A stretch of DNA of 57,869 bases from Patescibacteria group bacterium. Its GTDB lineage: Bacteria; Patescibacteriota; Minisyncoccia; Phycocordibacterales; CAIZLB01. A program made the position numbers and the translations under genes. The notes beneath the pieces were generated by a model that saw only the letters and a program-made list of their open reading frames with translations, was not told the DNA's origin and made no database searches. This document shows positions 18,236 to 26,454 of the stretch, piece by piece. The first letter of the stretch is position 1; each line of letters begins with the position of its first letter. The stretch lies in NCBI GenBank assembly GCA_040384865.1, contig JAZKIM010000004.1:16105-73973 (forward strand), written 5' to 3'.

Positions 18236-18973
18236 ATGCAAGAAATCATCGAGAATTTGAAGTCTATAGGACTCGAAGACAAAGAAGCTAAGATATATGT
18301 AGCGTTACTCAAATTTGGGGAGGCAACAGTCGGAGATATTGCTGACGAGGCCGGGATTAAGCGCCCTACTACCTATGTTATTCTCGATGAATTGCGCAAG
18401 AAAGGCCTGGTGCTGAAGATTCCCCACGCCAAAAAGCAGGTCTTTCAAGCCAAGACTCCTGACGAGTTCTTCGAGCAGACTGTGGCTAATGTAAATCAAT
18501 TCGAGAAGATATTGCCAAAGCTTCGCTCCATGAATCCGTCCAAGAAAACCATTAAGACACTTTACTTCGAAGGAATCAATGGAATTAAAGAAGCTATGTA
18601 TTATCGAATTGAAGATCTCAAGAATTCGGTAGATGAAGGTTTCTGGGCAAAACATGTGGAAGTATCAAATAAAGTAGTAGAGGTACAAGACGAATGGATT
18701 AAGGCTTTTCAAAAATATAATATATCGATAGGTGGTGTAACTCCCGACCATGAATCAACTAGAATGTATGTTGAAAGGTATAAGGGTATTTACAAAGATT
18801 TCCTTTTCGCTCCTCTCGAGGATTATTCAGCAGATATCTCAATCGAAGTGACAAAGGAATTTGTGCGAATTATCGATGCCCATGATCTCAAGGCGATTAT
18901 CATCGAGAATCCCCGCGTTGTGTACGCACTGGGACAGATTTTCAAGTTAGCGAAAGAGAAGTATAAAAAATAA
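18236..18973 (+). CDS. TrmB-family winged-helix transcriptional regulator
   Basis: The N-terminus LEDKEAKIYVALLKFGEATVGDIADEAGIKRPTTYVILDELRKKGLV is the TrmB-type wHTH. The C-terminal domain of about 150 aa fits that family. Confidence 0.85.
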   Translation: MQEIIENLKSIGLEDKEAKIYVALLKFGEATVGDIADEAGIKRPTTYVILDELRKKGLVLKIPHAKKQVFQAKTPDEFFEQTVANVNQFEKILPKLRSMNPSKKTIKTLYFEGINGIKEAMYYRIEDLKNSVDEGFWAKHVEVSNKVVEVQDEWIKAFQKYNISIGGVTPDHESTRMYVERYKGIYKDFLFAPLEDYSADISIEVTKEFVRIIDAHDLKAIIIENPRVVYALGQIFKLAKEKYKK

Positions 18974-18978
18974 GATAA

Positions 18979-19746
18979 TTAGAGGTTTGTTAAAGACAAA
19001 TACTTTTCTTTTAATGTAATTTTACTTTTAAAACATAGTAGTAGTTCTCTTTTTTCTACACCTGATCCGTCTCTTAAAATAAATTTTGCGTAATTTCGTA
19101 TATTAATATCAACCACGGAAATCTTATCTTCATTGAGTAGTAGCTTCTGAAAATTCTTGAATCTTGCTACCTCTGTTTTAATTTTTTCTTTGATACCAAT
19201 TTCATCGAGATTAATACTGTCTAACAGCATCTCAAATTGTTTTATCAGCTCTTTCTCCTCGATGTAGCCACATTTACACTCCTTATCTTTAGATTTTGTA
19301 CATCCATAGTAGACGTAGCGTTGAGAGCTACCATTTTTGAGTTTCTTCCATTTCTCACAGGCTGATATACCAGACTGGCACAGTCCGCAGGCCATAAGTC
19401 TCGTAAAGGCAAATTCTTGATTTTCAACCCTGAGAATATTACTTTTTACTTGATCCTTGGCTAGGTCAAATAATTCTTTGGTGATAATCGGACTATGCTT
19501 GCCTGTATACCAGTTACCACTTGTGGTAGGGTACTCAAATATTCCGTAGTAGAAATGGTTTTCCAAAATTCTAAATATATTACCTAAGCTTAAATATTTT
19601 CCGTTTCTAGTTTTAAAATTTAAATCAAACCTAAGCCAATGATAGACTTTTCTACCTGACCATTTCTCGTAAGCAACTTTTTTGTAATCAGGAAGTTTTA
19701 CTTCTATTTCCATACTTAATTGATGACAAAACAACAAACCTTGCAT
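18979..19746 (-). pseudogene. large serine recombinase, C-terminal fragment only (recombinase domain, zinc ribbon and coiled coil; catalytic resolvase domain missing)
   Basis: ...YLSLGNIFRILENHFYYGIFEYP...GKHSPIITKELFDLAKDQV...LMACGLCQSGISA...YVYYGCTKSKDKECKCGYIEEKELIKQFE... matches the Recombinase plus Zn-ribbon parts. No S-R catalytic N-domain exists in any frame upstream, and that DNA is occupied by the opposite-strand ORF6N gene. Confidence 0.7.
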
Positions 19747-19851
19747 GGCTATGCAAGACTATCAATTTGTAGTATTGTCGCGTGGGGAATTCTTAGAAAA
19801 TTTAATATTTCTTGAGCGTATCTTCATGTCGGGTACAGTAAGATACTGTAG

Positions 19852-20373
19852 ATGAAAGAAGCCACAATTACAGAAATTCCTCTCAACATTGAACTTATAA
19901 AAGAGAAGATATATATCATCCGAGGGCAGAAGGTGATGTTCGACAGAGATCTCGCTATTCTGTATCAAGTCCCCACCAAACAACTCAATCGCGCGGTCAG
20001 GAGAAATCTCGATAGATTTCCAAACGATTTTATGTTTGAGCTCACAAAAGGTGAAATGGATAACTTGAAGTGCCAAATTGGCACTTCAAGTTATGGCGGC
20101 GCCCGAAAGCCGTCTTTGGCCTTTACGGAGCAAGGCATAGCGATGCTTTCCACTGTTTTGAACAGCAAGAGGGCTATACATGTAAATATTGAAATCATCA
20201 GGATATTCACCAAGCTTCGACAGATGATCGACGCTTACAAGGAACTGCGCGAAAAGGTGGAGGAAATGGAAAAGAATAGCGAGACAAATTTCAAGGAGAT
20301 ATTCAGGGTACTCAGGGCAATATTGGCAGAGGATGAGAAACCTAAAAGCAAGATAGGTTTCAGGCCTGAATAG
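19852..20373 (+). CDS. ORF6N-domain protein (phage/ICE-associated DNA-binding family)
   Basis: IRGQKVMFDRDLAILYQVPTKQLNRAVRRNLDRFPNDFMFELTKGE...GGARKPSLAFTEQGIAMLSTVLNSKRAI is the typical ORF6N core. Confidence 0.85.
   Translation: MKEATITEIPLNIELIKEKIYIIRGQKVMFDRDLAILYQVPTKQLNRAVRRNLDRFPNDFMFELTKGEMDNLKCQIGTSSYGGARKPSLAFTEQGIAMLSTVLNSKRAIHVNIEIIRIFTKLRQMIDAYKELREKVEEMEKNSETNFKEIFRVLRAILAEDEKPKSKIGFRPE
20062..20092. repeat. 31-nt palindrome (15-bp perfect arms around one central base) inside the ORF6N coding sequence
   Basis: aacttgaagtgccaa-a-ttggcacttcaagtt, read directly. Confidence 0.85.
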
Positions 20374-20601
20374 GCATGATTTTAGTAAAAAGTGACAGTC
20401 AACTGTAACTTTAACCTGCAATATGTATCACTTTTTGCCTCAAATGAGACACTGTCAAATATGCTGTTTCCGTGTCTTATTTGCTAGTGCCCGAGATGCT
20501 TCGGTGTGCTATATTGGAAATATTAATAACAGACCTTACTGGTCAAGCTTTAAGAAGAGCTCTGGCTTGAACACTCGACTAGTTTCATAATCTATTTTTT
20601 C

Positions 20602-20925
20602 ATGGAAATGGCCAAGTTTAGAAAGAAAAAAGAGGACTTTGTGTGTGAACATTGCTCTTTTGAAGTGAAAGGGAACGGGTATACAAACCATTGTCCAATA
20701 TGCCTATGGAGTAAGCACGTCGACATAAACCCTGGAGACAGAAAGGCTGAATGTCAGGGGATGATGAAACCTGTCGGCGTGGAGGGAACTACGAATAAAT
20801 ATGTAGTTGTAAATCGTTGCGAGGTTTGTGGATACGAAAAAAGAAACAAAAGTGCTGAAAACGATAACATAGAGGCACTTTTGGTTGTTATTGCTGAAAA
20901 AATAGCGAAGCAGAGCCGTCAATAA
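20602..20925 (+). CDS. RNHCP-domain zinc-ribbon protein
   Basis: FVCEHCSFEVKGNGYTNHCPICLWSKHVD...CEVCGYEK contains the eponymous (R)NHCP motif and paired CxxC. Confidence 0.8.
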   Translation: MEMAKFRKKKEDFVCEHCSFEVKGNGYTNHCPICLWSKHVDINPGDRKAECQGMMKPVGVEGTTNKYVVVNRCEVCGYEKRNKSAENDNIEALLVVIAEKIAKQSRQ

Positions 20926-22111
20926 GGCGTTGTACGAGAACTGGCTGTGTTAATTCAAATTGATTAAAGAGGTTGTCGATGTCTTGGTCTAAGAATGAGG
21001 AGAGGCTATACCCTGTATCTTTTTGTATTACATTACTTATGTGATGGATGGTGAGAGCGCGGACATGCTTCATGAGCGGGCTATTTCCGCTTACCGTTAT
21101 AGTAATTAGTCCAGCGAGAGCGTCTGAATTGTTTAGGAGGGCGCCCCCAGAGGACCCGTGCTGTGCTTGAAGACTATCACTGGTTTCTAATAAATCTGGC
21201 AGCGGGGCGTATGAAAAACTAAAAGAATCACTAATTCGAAGTTTCTCGGTCTGAACAGTGAGAAGGGAATTGATACCGCTTGTGCCGAGTATGTCGGCGG
21301 GATAGGAAGCAATTGATATTTGATCGTTGATTGTCGGAGCTGAGGACGCAAGAGAGAGATAGTCAAATATCTTTCCTGCTGAGGCTCCTGTTAATTTATC
21401 TACAATCTGTAGTATGGCGATGTCCCCCTCGCCAGTCTCACTGAAATTTGTTTGAGAGATATTTTTGTAGTTTGTAAATATCCAGTCTTTTGAAATATAT
21501 AATGTTTTTACACCATACGTTTTGTTTATCGGTGAACCTGTGCGAATTGAACACGACATGTTGCTGGATATAGGATTGTTTTGTAAAAGAGGGAATTGAC
21601 CAACGTGCGCATTGGTGAGAACAATACCCTGCGGGTCAACAACAATTCCACTTCCTGTTATTACTTTCACATTTTTTCCGTTTTGGATGGAACAGTATAT
21701 ATTGACCACTGAGTTCTTTATCTTCTGTTCATGAGTAATGCTCGATAAAGTAGGGATGGTTACAGGAGAAATATTCTTTTGCGGTAGAGCTATTGGGGTT
21801 GTTGTGGAAACATCTAGTGAGTACTGAAATATCTTTTTAAAGTTTATATTAATACTTTTTACCGGAGCGATAGTTACTTTTTCTGGATAGTTTAGGTAGA
21901 TGGAGATTGTTTTTGAGATGGGCAGAATATCAGAAATTTGCGTAGGAAGCGGTATTGATGTTGATCCAGTAACTGAAGGGGTAATTGCTTGTGGCACCTC
22001 TGTGACGGGAAGTGAAACGGGCGGCAGAATAATAGAACTAGGGCTGAGGAGGCTGGTAATGCTTACAAATATGCTTACAAGGCCTCTGCCTAAGATATAG
22101 TATAGTTCCAT
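20888..22111 (-). CDS. membrane-anchored trypsin-like (S1, HtrA/DegP-like without evident PDZ) serine protease
   Basis: N-terminal hydrophobic anchor. GSGIVVDPQGIVLTNAHV (His), GDIAILQI (Asp) and HGSSGGALLN (Ser) form the catalytic triad context. It overlaps the convergent RNHCP gene by 38 nt. Confidence 0.8.
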   Translation of the reverse strand: MELYYILGRGLVSIFVSITSLLSPSSIILPPVSLPVTEVPQAITPSVTGSTSIPLPTQISDILPISKTISIYLNYPEKVTIAPVKSININFKKIFQYSLDVSTTTPIALPQKNISPVTIPTLSSITHEQKIKNSVVNIYCSIQNGKNVKVITGSGIVVDPQGIVLTNAHVGQFPLLQNNPISSNMSCSIRTGSPINKTYGVKTLYISKDWIFTNYKNISQTNFSETGEGDIAILQIVDKLTGASAGKIFDYLSLASSAPTINDQISIASYPADILGTSGINSLLTVQTEKLRISDSFSFSYAPLPDLLETSDSLQAQHGSSGGALLNNSDALAGLITITVSGNSPLMKHVRALTIHHISNVIQKDTGYSLSSFLDQDIDNLFNQFELTQPVLVQRLIDGSASLFFQQ

Positions 22112-22181
22112 GGCGGGAGTATAGCAGATTTATGAGAGGTCTGTTATAGTGTTGAAAGTCTTTGGATAAAAGCGAAACATT

Positions 22182-22252
22182 GCGGGATTAGTTTAATGGT
22201 AGAACTACAGTTTTCCAAACTGTTGGCGGGAGTTCGATTCTCCCATCCCGCA
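22182..22252 (+). tRNA. tRNA-Gly (anticodon UCC)
   Basis: Acceptor gcgggat/atcccgc, anticodon arm acagt-ttTCCaa-actgt, T arm gggag-ttcgatt-ctccc. Confidence 0.85.
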
Positions 22253-22265
22253 CTAAATTATTTTT

Positions 22266-22562
22266 ATGGTTAATGTAAATTGGGAATATAAACACCAGCC
22301 GGAAGTTTTTGAAAATGAAGAAGAAAAGATATTGTTTGCATATAACAATATTATGGACAGGTGTGAGGACCTCGAAAGAATTATTTTTGATACAAAAAAG
22401 GAAATTGATCGTGTTGAAACTGAACTCTCTATTAATTCTAATGATAAGACCTTGCTTAGAGATATAGAAAATTTGAAGAGGACACGAGATTCTTTAGTTG
22501 CGGAGAAAAAGGTATTACTTGAAGAGTCTAAGCGTCTTATTGCACAAATGAAATATGAGTAG
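22266..22562 (+). CDS. hypothetical coiled-coil protein
   Basis: 98-aa ORF followed by a strong hairpin terminator. No motif recognised. Confidence 0.55.
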   Translation: MVNVNWEYKHQPEVFENEEEKILFAYNNIMDRCEDLERIIFDTKKEIDRVETELSINSNDKTLLRDIENLKRTRDSLVAEKKVLLEESKRLIAQMKYE

Positions 22563-22589
22563 CTTAATTATTGTTTTACTTTAAAAACA

Positions 22590-22627
22590 AAACACCCGCT
22601 CATGTCTTATGACAGAGCGGGTGTTTT
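22590..22627. terminator. bidirectional hairpin terminator between convergent genes
   Basis: aaacacccgctc (22590-22601) pairs with gagcgggtgttt (22616-22627). A/T runs lie on both sides. Confidence 0.75.
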
Positions 22628-22687
22628 GTAAGTGGAATCAAATGTGTGTGATGAAAATATTTTCAATACACGTTTGATGATTGAAAT

Positions 22688-22960
22688 TTATCTGACTGCG
22701 TCCTTGAGTGCTTTAGCTGCTCGGAATTTCGGAACTCGCATTGCGGCAACCTTTATAGATTCGCCTGTTCGCGGGTTACGAGCTGTTCGAGCTGCTCGCT
22801 GCTTCGCTGAGAAGATACCAAGTCCGGCAATAGATACCTCTTCACCCTTCTTGAGCGTAGAAATAATCGAGTCAATGACGGTGTCAACGACTTGTTCTGC
22901 CTGAACTTTTGTTGTGCCGAGAATCTCGTGCACTTTCTCAACAATACCTGCTTTGTTCAT
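22688..22960 (-). CDS. hup: HU-family DNA-binding protein
   Basis: MNKAGIVEKV...GEEVSIAGLGIFSAKQRAARTARNPRTGESIKVAAMRVPKFRAAKALKDAV is a canonical HU/IHF fold sequence. Confidence 0.93.
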   Translation of the reverse strand: MNKAGIVEKVHEILGTTKVQAEQVVDTVIDSIISTLKKGEEVSIAGLGIFSAKQRAARTARNPRTGESIKVAAMRVPKFRAAKALKDAVR

Positions 22961-23078
22961 GTTAGTAGATTATGAATTTTTTTGGTAAAGGATTCGACCA
23001 CCGTTTTCCTTAATAATCATTATATAACAAGCCATATTTTGGGGCAACAACTATACATAAACAGACTTCTATGTTTAG

Positions 23079-24611
23079 TTATCGGGCGAACTCCACTGCC
23101 CGAAGCTCTCGGACAACGTTTACTTTTATTTCCCCAGGATATCTGAGGTCTTCCTGGATACGATTAGCTATATTTCTAGCCATGTTTTTTGCTTCAAGGT
23201 CGGTTATCTTGTCTGGAAAGACGAAAACTCGCACCTCTCGGCCGGCCTGGAGGGCGTATGATTTTTCAACACCGGGGAAGGAGTTGGCAATTTGCTCGAG
23301 CTCGGCAAGACGTTTGAGATAGTTTTCAATACTATCTTTTCGAGCGCCCGGACGGCCACCTGAAATAGCATCTGCCGTTTGAACAATGCGAGATTCGAGT
23401 GTTTCATAGGGATATTCCTCATGATGAGCTTGCATCGCTTTGATGATTTCTTGGCTTGCTCCGAATTTCTCGAGGATTCTACGACCAATTTCGACATGGG
23501 TACCTGCAACTTCGTGGTCTACAGCCTTGCCTATATCGTGGAGAAGAGCGCCTGCCTTGGCAACGCCAACGTTTGCGCCGAGCTCAGAGGCAATCATTCC
23601 GGCAATGTGAGCACATTCAATTGAGTGTTGAAGGACATTTTGTCCGTAGCTAGTTCGATAATGAAGACGTCCGAGGATTGCAACTATTCTCGGGTCGAGT
23701 TGCAATACGCCGGTTTCATAGACGGCTTGTTCCCCTTTTTCTTTAATTACTTTATTAACTTCTTCTTTAGCCCGCTCTACCTCCTTTTCAATTTTTGCGG
23801 GTTGAATGCGGCCATCGGCGATGAGGGCCTCGAGTGCCATTCGAGCAATCTGTCGGCGAATCGGATCAAAGCAAGAAATGGTGATTGCTCCTGGTGTGTC
23901 ATCAACAACAACCTCAACACCAGTTTCTCGCTCAAATGCTTTAATATTCCTTCCTTCCTTTCCAATGATCTTTCCTTTTACTTCGTCTGATGTGATGGCA
24001 ACATGTGTTGTAAATAGGTCTGCGGATACAGAACTAGCAAGACGCTGAATTGTTGTTGTTAGAATTTCTTTTGCTCGACCCTCTAGTTTTTCTTCAGTAA
24101 ATGTTTCCAGTTTATGCATCCGTTCTATGAAATCTTTTTCATCATTCTGCTCTATCTTCTTTACCAATTCTTCTTTTGCCTGTTCGCGTGAAAGCGTAGC
24201 GATACGCTCGAGTTCTTTCTGTAACGTTTCAGCAGACGCATCAATCTTATCTTTTATTATTTTAATTTCAGCAATACGTGTTTTAACATCCTCGACGTCT
24301 TTGTCAATTTCAGCTTGTCTCTTATCGAGAAAATCTTCTTTTTTGATAACACGTTCTTCTGCTTTCTTGATTGTTTCTTCGCGCACCTTCATTTCTTCAC
24401 GGGCGGATTTTAAAGTTTCAGCGGCTTTTTCTTCTGCATCGAGTGTGATGAGTTTAGATTTTTCATTTGCGTTGACCATCATTTCCTTAATATTCAGCTC
24501 AATAGAGCCTTTTTTTCCAAGGGCCACAAGAATACGGAGAAGATATCCGAACGCGAGTCCAACGCTCCCCATGAACGCTGCGATGAGGAGGACAGTTTGT
24601 AATGGAATCAT
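23079..24611 (-). CDS. rny: ribonuclease Y
   Basis: N-terminal TM helix, long coiled coil, KH domain (GKIIGKEGRNIKAFERETGVEVVVDD) and HD domain (LLHDIGKAVDHE). Confidence 0.93.
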   Translation of the reverse strand: MIPLQTVLLIAAFMGSVGLAFGYLLRILVALGKKGSIELNIKEMMVNANEKSKLITLDAEEKAAETLKSAREEMKVREETIKKAEERVIKKEDFLDKRQAEIDKDVEDVKTRIAEIKIIKDKIDASAETLQKELERIATLSREQAKEELVKKIEQNDEKDFIERMHKLETFTEEKLEGRAKEILTTTIQRLASSVSADLFTTHVAITSDEVKGKIIGKEGRNIKAFERETGVEVVVDDTPGAITISCFDPIRRQIARMALEALIADGRIQPAKIEKEVERAKEEVNKVIKEKGEQAVYETGVLQLDPRIVAILGRLHYRTSYGQNVLQHSIECAHIAGMIASELGANVGVAKAGALLHDIGKAVDHEVAGTHVEIGRRILEKFGASQEIIKAMQAHHEEYPYETLESRIVQTADAISGGRPGARKDSIENYLKRLAELEQIANSFPGVEKSYALQAGREVRVFVFPDKITDLEAKNMARNIANRIQEDLRYPGEIKVNVVRELRAVEFAR

Positions 24612-24620
24612 GTTGTTTTG

Positions 24621-25190
24621 TTAGAGTACTTTGTCGATGATGCCGTACTTCTTTGCCTCTTCAGATCCCATGTAGAAGTCTCGGTCAATATCTTTTTCGA
24701 CTTTTGCAAGAGGCTGCCCTGTATTTTGTGACATTATCTTCGCAAGATTTGCTTTGAGTTTAAGAATATTTTTTGCGCGAATTTCAATATCAGTTGCCTG
24801 GCCTTCAGCGCCCCCAAGAGGTTGATGGATCATGATTTCAGAGTTTGGAAGAGAGAATCGTTTTCCCTTTGTACCAGCGGAGAGAAGCCAGGCACCGCCT
24901 GAAGCAGCGAGGCCGACACAAATTGTCGACACATCGTTTTTGATGTGTTTGATGGTGTCCATCATAGCAAGGGTAGCTGTCGCTGACCCTCCTGGTGAAT
25001 TAATGTACAAGTGAATATCTTTCTTTGGATTCTCGGATTCAAGAAAGAGAAGTTGTGCGATTACGATGTTTGCGACATTGTCGTCGATCGGGCCACCGAG
25101 GAAAATGATATTGTCTCGGAGGAGGCGAGAGTAGATGTCGTATGCTCGCTCGCCAAACTGTGATTTTTCAATTACTGTTGGTATAAGCAT
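24621..25190 (-). CDS. clpP: ATP-dependent Clp protease proteolytic subunit
   Basis: [24 protein letters not shown]...[10 protein letters not shown]...MIHQPLGG...GQATDIEI is canonical ClpP. Confidence 0.95.
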   Translation of the reverse strand: MLIPTVIEKSQFGERAYDIYSRLLRDNIIFLGGPIDDNVANIVIAQLLFLESENPKKDIHLYINSPGGSATATLAMMDTIKHIKNDVSTICVGLAASGGAWLLSAGTKGKRFSLPNSEIMIHQPLGGAEGQATDIEIRAKNILKLKANLAKIMSQNTGQPLAKVEKDIDRDFYMGSEEAKKYGIIDKVL

Positions 25191-25290
25191 GGGAATTATG
25201 TTAAGTTTTTAGGTATTGTCTCAGATGGTCGGAAAAGGTCTGAATTTCAGCGATTTCACTATATAACACTTTTCTTCATTAATCTAGTTT

Positions 25291-26013
25291 ATGAGACTTC
25301 ATCGTTTTTATGTGCCGGAAGAGATTGGTAGTCAAGAGGTTATCAAGATCAAGGACGCCAAGCTGATGCACCAGTGGCGGGATGTTTTTCGGTATACCAC
25401 AGGTGCCCAGGTTATCCTTTTTGATGGTAGCGGGGCGGAATTTTGGGGGATTATTGAAAGAATTAATCCGGATTTCGCGGAAATTCGGATCGTGGATGTA
25501 AAAAAAGAAGAAAAGGGGTATGAGGAGGGGAATTCTAAGGCTAGTCCGGGGGTTTGGATAGCCGCGGCGATGATAAAAAATGACAATTTTGATTGGATTT
25601 TGCAGAAAGTGACTGAGTTAGGGGTTGAGGGCGTTTTACCTATGATTGCGGAAAGAACAGTAAAAAAGAACTTAAACATGGAGCGTTCGTTGAGAATTGT
25701 TCAAGAAGCAGCCGAGCAGAGCGGTCGTTTAGATATTCCTGTAGTGAAAGAGCCTCGGGGTTTGGTCGAAATACTTGAAAATTTTGATGGGAGGGTGATT
25801 GTTTGCCAGGGCGGTGAAGGTTCGAAGCCTTTTAATAAGAAAATGCTGTCGACAAAAGGCAACACTTTGTTTTTGATTGGTCCAGAGGGGGGCTGGTCTC
25901 CAAAGGAGTTAGAGTTTTTTGATAAACATAAGTATGTGAAGGTGTCGGTAGGGAAGAATGTGCTTAGAGCGGAGACAGCGGCGGTTGCCGTTGTGTCGCT
26001 GGCTCTACTCTAA
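25291..26013 (+). CDS. rsmE: 16S rRNA (uracil1498-N3)-methyltransferase RsmE
   Basis: MRLHRFYV start, PUA-like N-domain and SPOUT C-domain with LIGPEGGWSPKELEF...VSVGKNVLRAETAAV. Confidence 0.88.
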   Translation: MRLHRFYVPEEIGSQEVIKIKDAKLMHQWRDVFRYTTGAQVILFDGSGAEFWGIIERINPDFAEIRIVDVKKEEKGYEEGNSKASPGVWIAAAMIKNDNFDWILQKVTELGVEGVLPMIAERTVKKNLNMERSLRIVQEAAEQSGRLDIPVVKEPRGLVEILENFDGRVIVCQGGEGSKPFNKKMLSTKGNTLFLIGPEGGWSPKELEFFDKHKYVKVSVGKNVLRAETAAVAVVSLALL

Positions 26014-26020
26014 AATATAG

Positions 26021-26051
26021 AAAAACACCCGCACGAGGTGCGAGTGTTTTT
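26021..26051. terminator. hairpin terminator (aaaaacacccgcac / gtgcgagtgttttt)
   Basis: 10-bp stem with one mismatch, gagg loop, flanked by an A-run and a T-run. It lies between convergent genes. Confidence 0.7.
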
Positions 26052-26071
26052 GTGACCAATGTGAGTAGAGA

Positions 26072-26284
26072 TTACTTTCTCGGTTCACGTTCGACGAGGT
26101 TGCCTGTACTATCAATGTGAAGTTTCGTCAGGGCACCCTCGAGGTTTTTAAGCTCGTGGTCGAGCGCAGCTTCGAAGCTTGGGTGCTTTCCTTCTTCGAC
26201 CTCTTGTTTGAGGTCTTCGTAGCACCCTTTGATGAATTGAAGGGCGCCCTTAACTGCTTTTTGGTTGAATCCGCATGGTGGCAT
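26072..26284 (-). CDS. hypothetical small protein
   Basis: 70-aa ORF with an ATG start and no obvious SD. It is locally GC-richer than its surroundings (29/60 and 32/60 G+C on two hand-counted lines). Confidence 0.45.
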   Translation of the reverse strand: MPPCGFNQKAVKGALQFIKGCYEDLKQEVEEGKHPSFEAALDHELKNLEGALTKLHIDSTGNLVEREPRK

Positions 26285-26454
26285 ATATAGGGTATCTTTT
26301 TTGTTTAGGTTTGGTGGATCTAGATCCGTATATATAATCGTCTAAAGATAAGATATTTGTAATATAAAGTTTACAGAATCATGTGAATATTTAAAAGCCT
26401 TTTATTAAGGCCGTATTATATAGCTAGTCTGTTGTCCTAATGGCTACAACAAAT

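Noticed and set aside
20888-20925. 38-nt overlap of the convergent RNHCP and protease genes
   Set aside because: The protease C-terminal residues in the overlap (..ASLFFQQ) may be dispensable, and convergent 3' overlaps are common in compact genomes. There is no evidence of special regulation.
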